A stretch of DNA of 61,553 nucleotides, counting the filler. It is 6 parts of 6 records of this genome, joined end to end, with 100 filler letters (N's around TTAATTAATTAA, not from the genome) between each part and the next. Parts side by side here need not be neighbours in the genome. Positions count along the whole stretch, not along the records: positions 50,104 to 55,351 come from SRR2962707_2397; positions 55,452 to 61,553 come from SRR2962707_2399; 4 more parts are not named here. One strand, 5' to 3'. The translations under genes and the position numbers were made by a program. Below the pieces are notes generated by a model. It worked only from the letters and a program-made list of their open reading frames with translations. It was not told where the DNA came from and ran no database searches. The stretch's first letter is position 1. Each line of letters begins with the position of its first letter. Positions 55,010 to 61,553 of this stretch are shown piece after piece.

Positions 55010-55350
55010 TTGCCCGCTCCTGAAGGTTTGATGTCCGGGACGATCTGTTGGGCAATTGCCGCGCGCTTCGCTTGACGAATGCCCTGCTCCACGCGCACCG
55101 CGACATGATTGCCGACGCGGCCCATGCGGCCCTTGCCGAGCGGTACGCCACCGCAGCGCAGGTCGATCGTGCCGTCCGGGCCGTTGTTCAGCATCAGCGT
55201 CTGCCCTGCCTCGAACTGCATCACGTCGCGCAGCGTCAGTTGCTGTTCGTCGAGCACCGCTTCCAGCGGCACCTTGGTCGCCCAGAGTTCGGTTGCCAGA
55301 TGGCTTTCCCAAATCGAGTCGCGGCCGAATTTTTCGCCCATGAACATCTG
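55006..55350 (-). CDS. fliM: Flagellar motor switch FliM, C-terminal (SpoA) fragment
   Basis: QMFMGEKFGRDSIWESHL...GKGRMGRVGNHVAVRV. Confidence 0.9.
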   Translation of the reverse strand, partial: QMFMGEKFGRDSIWESHLATELWATKVPLEAVLDEQQLTLRDVMQFEAGQTLMLNNGPDGTIDLRCGGVPLGKGRMGRVGNHVAVRVEQGIRQAKRAAIAQQIVPDIKPSGAGK

Positions 55351-55351
55351 C

Positions 55352-55451
55352 NNNNNNNNNNNNNNNNNNNNNNNNNNNNNNNNNNNNNNNNNNNNTTAAT
55401 TAATTAANNNNNNNNNNNNNNNNNNNNNNNNNNNNNNNNNNNNNNNNNNNN
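55352..55451. other. Artificial contig linker 5
   Basis: N44-TTAATTAATTAA-N44. Confidence 0.98.
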
Positions 55452-55474
55452 GCTGCTGCTGCTGCTGCTGCTGC
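55452..55474. repeat. (GCT)n microsatellite at contig start
   Basis: About 8 GCT units. Confidence 0.85.
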
Positions 55475-55626
55475 TTTTGTTTTTTTTGTCCTTCGTTCAC
55501 TTCAGCCCCGCAGGCTTTTGCACGCGAGGGTATATAAAAGAGACTGAAAGCAAGAGGGAAACGCAGTGAGGCGGTGAGAGGGCGCACGGTCGTTGCTCTT
55601 TACGAGGCGAGCTGGAAGATTCCATC

Positions 55627-56601
55627 ATGTCGCACTCCCACAATCCGACCACACTGAACATGAACTTGGGTAACATTCTCGGTGACAGGGCGAGTGTTGC
55701 CCAGTCGACTCGCTTCCGCGAGCAAATGCGTGGGAGCGCTGTTGCGGCAGCCATGGTGAGCCCGACGTCCCAAAACAAGCGGCGGCAGCAGCAGCAGCAG
55801 CAAGCTGCAGCCCGTGCTCCACCTGCTCCAGCCAATGAACCTATCATTTTGACACACCGCGGAGGACAACAACATGGGGGAACTGTCTGGCAGAACGAGG
55901 AATACTGGCAGAAACGCAACGCACAGAAGAGGCAGCAACGCCGACAACGTCAAGCGTACCAACAGGCGCAGTATGGTGCAGGTTACGCACCGCGACCAGG
56001 AACGTACCCGGCTGACAATGTCAGCGTTGGCAGCGTCAATTCCGCTCGCAGCTACGTACCTCCTCTTGCGCTCAACACCGACGCCAGTTCAAATGCGCGA
56101 AGTGGAGCTGGGTTGCGGGCACCGCCGTTGAAACGTCGTGGTCAGCCGTCTCCAGTTCACCGAGGCGGAACAGGCGCGGCTGGGAGAGACATGTTCGCTG
56201 CAGCAGATGACTCTGACGCGTTACAGCAAGCAATAGCTCAAATGAACCAATCCAACTACAACAATTCGACTGCAGCTACGAACTCTACGCAAAAGTACGT
56301 GCACCACCAGCGTCACCCATATCCGCAAAAGCACTCCTATTCGGGTGGCAACTACAGCGGGCCTGGGCGACCAACCGACTCAACAAGTCCAAAGATGCGC
56401 ACAGCATCGTCTCTACGTGTTGGAGCAAACGCTCGGCTTGCTGGTGGTCAGAGGAATGTTGGAAGCTACAACAACGCGGGGTACTCAAATCAAAGTTATT
56501 CTTCAGCGTCGAAGCCAGCTTATCGCAAAGGCAGAGTGGGTGTTGGCTCGAGAGTTCGGAATAATGCAGCTGGTGGCCAGAAAACGAGTCGAGTGTTCTG
56601 A
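55627..56601 (+). CDS. Low-complexity Q/G/S/R/Y-rich eukaryotic protein
   Basis: 324-aa single-exon ORF with ATCATG start; TATATAAA at about 55531; AATAAA motifs at about 56705-56717. Confidence 0.6.
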   Translation: MSHSHNPTTLNMNLGNILGDRASVAQSTRFREQMRGSAVAAAMVSPTSQNKRRQQQQQQAAARAPPAPANEPIILTHRGGQQHGGTVWQNEEYWQKRNAQKRQQRRQRQAYQQAQYGAGYAPRPGTYPADNVSVGSVNSARSYVPPLALNTDASSNARSGAGLRAPPLKRRGQPSPVHRGGTGAAGRDMFAAADDSDALQQAIAQMNQSNYNNSTAATNSTQKYVHHQRHPYPQKHSYSGGNYSGPGRPTDSTSPKMRTASSLRVGANARLAGGQRNVGSYNNAGYSNQSYSSASKPAYRKGRVGVGSRVRNNAAGGQKTSRVF

Positions 56602-56818
56602 AAGAACCTTCTTTGCCGGTGAATGTTGCGCCGATGTTATTTATCAGTCGCTGATTCCACAAGAGTTCAGCAGCTTCGCAAGTGAGAAAAAATCTTATTA
56701 TGAAAATAAAAAATAAAAAAGCTTTTCGAAATAGAACTCCCCAACCGTTTGTGGTTGTTTGCTCTTTTTGTTTTCGATCTTGCAGCGAAGCGGGCTGTGT
56801 TGACTTTCGAAGGGGCGA

Positions 56819-59800
56819 CTACCGGCGAACGTTCCGTTGGTACACTGCCATCGTTCCGGCATGACGCTTTTTGTAGCCTGATATTTTCTTTTTGGAAGAC
56901 GAACGCGCCTTTTTGTTCCGCGCATGCTTTTCACGATACTCACGAGCCGCCTGTGACTCATACCGGTTTGATCCATCCACTCCCATGGCCAGTGACGGCA
57001 ACGTCCGAGGGGCTGCAACCTTGGCACGCAAAACAGCTTCACTTTGTTGCTGTCTTAGTCGCTGCTGTCTCTTAAATCTGTCTGTTGACCGCTGGATTTT
57101 TTCTTGAAACGAAATCTTTTGACGCGCGTACGATCCACGTCGCTTGCTTGTTCCACCATTTTTTTTACTTCGCCGCTCGGATCCGTTGCTGTCGTGCTGG
57201 ACGTGATGAGCACCTTGTCTGGTGTGGTGGACCGGGGATCCTCGTCGAGGACTGACTGACTGATGCTCCCGATGTCGGTGATGCTGTTGCTCTGGGTAAA
57301 TGCCGTGGTCAGATGCGTGTTTTCGGTGTCTTGAAATGTCGTCTCGAACACGGTGACTGGAAGGTTGAAGAAGATGCGGGCTGACACCACTGCTAACGAT
57401 GCGCATAGGGATTGGCGACGATCCCGCCCCGCTGGCACCGTCATGAAAATCTCGTGCCGCATCCCACTGACGACCACGTTCGGAACTCTGCGCAACAAAA
57501 CGGTCATGGTTGCGCATTCGGTTGCCAACAGGGCTACGGGCGATCGGACTTTTGCTTCCACTACGCCTTTCGCTGAATCTATTCATGCCCGCGCCTTCAT
57601 GGGGAGAACCGCGTGGTGAGCGCAGTCGTGACGGCAGATTTACATTGAGTGGCGACAGACGAACGACGTTGAAGTTGCTCGGCATCTTTGGAACAGGCGA
57701 TCCTCGACCCGTGCTTGGACTGTGCGTTGCCTTGGTTTGAATCGCGCGTGGAGGAGAATTGGTTGAGCGGACCACTGTTTGGTCAAGTCCGCCACTCAAG
57801 TCCGCTTGGACGTGGAGGCCAGGAAACTCATCACTTCGTACAAATCCATACAACCCACCGCCACCCGAGCCTTGAGCTGCTTCTGCGCGAGTCAATTTGC
57901 TATCCTCACCACGGGCAACACCACTACGTTGGCGCGAAGGTGGACCATGGGCTCCATGGTTTTGGCGATCACTGTGATGGTGGTGGCGGCCATGCTTGTC
58001 GACACTGGGGTCGCGATGGTGCGCATCGTTTTCTCGCAAATGCCCAGTTGTTGCAGAGGTTGTGTGACCTGCCTGCCGACCAGGCGAAGAAATTTGCTTC
58101 AGGTGCCGTTTTCCTCCGCCGTGTATGCTATCGTCGTGATGCGGATTGCGGTCGGCATGCCGGTGACCACGGTGGTTCTCGTAGCGGCCTACTTGCACTT
58201 GCTGAAGAGGATGCGGTCGCTCTAATTGATGTTTCGAGTGCAAGTGCGCCGGAGCCGGCAAAACTGAAGATTTGGATCGTTTTGTGGCTGTTGGCAGACG
58301 TTCGAGCGTCTGATAAGCAGTTTGGCAGCGGTCAGATGCTCCAAGTGCTTCCAAAGCTGCTCGCTGTTGACGAATCACACTGTCACGTGCCTGCATCAGA
58401 AAACAGAACTGAGAACTTGGGAATTCTTCGACGATTGACAAAACAGCGTCACTGGCAGCAACGAGGCAGTAATTTCAGCGCGACAAGTTTACAGCAAGTA
58501 CGCAAATACACACTTCGAGCTGCAAACGTAATCGTTGGATGAGGGTATCCTTCTCTTCGATGATACTCTGATGCTTCATCCGCGAATGTTCTAATTCCAT
58601 GTTCTGGACTTCGAGCGTTCCGTGCCTGATTTCTAGCTCCAGTAGCTCCACACGATCGGATGAGTGGAGGCGCCCCATCACCTCACGCTTTAGAGCGCGG
58701 TTGTTGTCCTGAATTTGCGCAATCTTCTCAGCTACTCTTCGGTGCTGCTCCTGTGTGTCAGCATATTGAGATTCGAGCCGTGCAAGTTGTTCGCGAGCAC
58801 GCTCCACTGCTTTAGGGGAAGCAACATTTGCATAACTATCGCGGCCACTAGCATGAGACCCTTCATGCGCCTGCCTGTATCCAGCCTCTTGGACAGCGTT
58901 GTCGAAGTCATCATCATCCGAGTACAAGTCCGAGTCGCTAGCACGATCAGCAGCATCGGTATCAGCAACATCGGTCCCCCCTTCGATTCGTCTTTTGCTC
59001 TTGACTGAACGATGCGTAGATTGATGAGCAGCACGCGCAAGGACATTCTGATCCGTGCCGCGGACAACAACAAGCTGTAGTTTTCGCATCTCTATTTTCT
59101 GTTGTACAGCTTGTGAGTCGATTTCAACAAGCGCTTTTTGGAGTTGCATGCTTTCGTTGAAACCCTTGACGATTTCTGCACGAACTTCCTTCAGCTCCTT
59201 GCTCTCTCTATTGTTGATGCTTGCTGATAAAACATCGTCGTTATTTCCATCACCATGTGTTGGAGAAGCGGCAGTCCGTGCCTCGTCAAGCTCAGACTTT
59301 AAGCCTTTGATTTCCTTTTTTAGGCCTGCAATGAGTGAAAGGTACTGCGTGACGTGGTATGAGACGTTCAGAACGTTGCGCGTGGCTTGTGTTTTGATTT
59401 TTTTTGCCCGATTAGCATATCTAGTCAAAAGTTGTACAGAGCACAGCCCCCAAAATAGCGGGCGACAACACAGGGCCAACTTGTGGTAAGCATAGGCGCA
59501 CATCCATCTCCAAAAACTTGAAGAACTGAACAACATTGTGTTGACATAAAATGCTGTTCTTTGTTCTTTGTACGACGTACTTCAGAGTATTGAGCGTTTC
59601 TTCAAAGCTGGAGGCAGCCGGTGTGATATTCGCAATCATAATGGTCCGACAGTTGCCTCCGAGCGAATCTTTCAGAAGTCGAGTCAGTTTGCTATCACGG
59701 TACGGAATGAAACCGTTGGTTTTACTCATGACCAGGGCGTTAATGCAGTTTCCAAGCGCGAGAAGGCTACGATTAATATTTGCTCCTTCGATCAAGCGCT

Positions 59801-60968
59801 GGCCTCGATTGTTTGTACTCGAGGCCCGCTCGCTCCCTGCAAGATCAATCATGCTTAGTTTTCCAATCTTGACTGCCGACTGAGGCCCAGGATTGCGGTC
59901 TCTCTGTTCTACAACAACCTACGGTTGAGACAGCAGATACATCCATGTAAGACAGCAACCCAATCAACACGACAATGCGAATGCAAGCTCTGCCATTTCT
60001 TAGCTTGCACTGACTTGTAATACAGCATGGGAGCGTGATGATGTCGCATTGGCTTCCGTTGCCTCTTGAGTTCGATTCTTGTTTCCATCTTGCAGCAATC
60101 CCATCACTTCTTCGGCACTTTTGGCTTCAATTTCAGCCATACCAGCAACGGTAGGACCTTTGATCGGATCCTCACGGAGGTCGAGGTTGTCCGACGATGG
60201 TTCAAGCAGATCCTTGATCAGCTCGTTGTAAATTTCGATCATTGATATTTTGACGGTGTAAACGACACTTTGCTTTCGAACCATTTCGTCGATTTCATCG
60301 AATAAGAACTGCAGTGTGTTAAACATGCACCCCGGATTAGTTGGCGTGCCAAGCATCGTAAATGTCTTGCCCGCACCGGTTGCACCGTAAGCAAATACTG
60401 TCGCATTATACCCCTCAATCACACCAGGCACAAGCAATCGAGTCGTTCTGTTAAAGACTAAGCGCTGGGGCGCACTTGGATTGAAAACGTGGTCGAAAGC
60501 GTATCGCTTTTCGCGTGTTCTGGCGGCGCGCAGAGGGTCTAAAAAGGAGCGAGTGGTGTCCTGTGTTTTAGGGTCCATGATGACAACAACTTTGTCATCC
60601 AAAACTCGCACCACCTCGTTCGAAGACCTTCTTTCCGTTCGATTCATAGGTCGAACGCGCACACAAACCATAATATTGTTCTTTCCGGACCACGCCCAAC
60701 CAGCTTCTGCCTCAACCCCAGCCGCTGCGGTCGTGCTGATGCTACTGCCGCTACTACTGCGAGCCCTTGGCGTGGGTTTGCCAGTTGGTTTTGAAGGTGA
60801 CACTTCGGCACCAGGACCAGCTTCCGCCGAACCGTCGTCCACTGCCTCGTCTACGCTGCCTGCGCTACTTTTTGGTGAGTCGTCGTGGTCACTCGGGCCT
60901 GTGACGGCTTCCTCTGTCTCCGAACGGAGGAGAATGACCTCTTGCGCGGCCGCCATCATCCGTGACAT
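56819..60968 (-). CDS. Kinesin-8 (KIF18/KIF19-like) motor, 4 exons, ~1256 aa
   Basis: Exons 60968-60015, 59918-59581, 59420-58514, 58390-56819 splice in frame via GT-AG introns; P-loop [56 protein letters not shown]. Confidence 0.9.
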
Positions 60969-61524
60969 TGTAGAGTATCGGTCAAGGTGTGGCTTGCGCG
61001 ACCTTGACTTTCACATTGATTGACTTGAACTGTTGCAAGCAGTACGAGAGTTCGTCACGCTACTTCGTTGATCGGATACTCCTTCGTTGTGACTGCCAGC
61101 AGTGAATCCAACAGGTGCGTTGACGGCCACGGACGAAAGAAGGAAAAAAGTATAAAAGAAAAAAAGAGCAATCCGCTCGCTGCCTCACAGACTTTCTTCC
61201 AGCTTTCCGCGTGGCCACCCGCCCACTAGGAACCTGCTTCCAATTGGCGAGTCGAAACAAGACCTTCAGTTCTTTGCACGAGCTGTCAAGGTGAGTCCAC
61301 TGGGAAGAGTGAGGGGGTCCAGAGACGCCGAGTTCGAGAGTTGGAGAAACAGCAGAGAGGTGGAGAGAGACAGACGGGCAGAGTCCGCCAGAGGCACACA
61401 GAGGAACAGACACACAGTCACAGACACAGAGTAGAGAGAGTTTTCCAGACGCTGCTACGCGACAACGCTGCTGAGTGAGCGTGCGATGCGCCGGGAAGGA
61501 GGACGAGGACCACGACGAGGAGTA

Positions 61525-61553
61525 GGAGAAGAAGAAGAAGAAGAAGAAGAAGA
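61525..61553. repeat. (AGA)n microsatellite at window end
   Basis: About 9 AGA/GAA units. Confidence 0.85.

Overview
This window is not one locus. It is six unrelated contigs joined by artificial 100-nt linkers (N44-TTAATTAATTAA-N44). (1) 1-19978: AT-rich gammaproteobacterium (Marinomonas/Oceanospirillales-like by inference) with VOC gene, ssb, MFS, LexA-boxed uvrA and the full tuf'-S10-spc-secY-alpha ribosomal protein supercluster. (2) 20079-31172: ~58% GC Marinobacter-like contig with a cold-shock-domain fragment, a degenerate single-AAA Clp-like gene, manC, gloA, DUF1853, a diguanylate cyclase, an MFS-acyltransferase fusion, a binding protein and a low-GC Rhs toxin/immunity tail. (3) 31273-40105: Rhizobiales-like contig (glnA', TAXI protein, aminotransferase/SDR/small-transporter operon, parE'). 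(4) 40206-50003 and (6) 55452-61553: intron-containing protist contigs (SAM-like protein, TBC1D23-like TBC+rhodanese protein, kinesin-8). (5) 50104-55351: high-GC alphaproteobacterial flagellar locus (fliP', large TPR protein behind a CtrA box, MotE-like, PflI-like, fliM'). The strongest non-obvious signal is a 54-nt near copy of the 23S rRNA H18-H20 (L4/L24-binding) element inside the S10 operon mRNA, directly upstream of the rplC ribosome-binding site: a candidate rRNA-mimic autoregulatory operator. Second is a ~99-nt hairpin with an embedded promoter and alternative SD-occluding pairing between rpsN and rpsH. Third is an Rhs toxin tip of unassigned family with two candidate immunity genes. 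Taxonomic and family labels come from motif recognition, not database searches.
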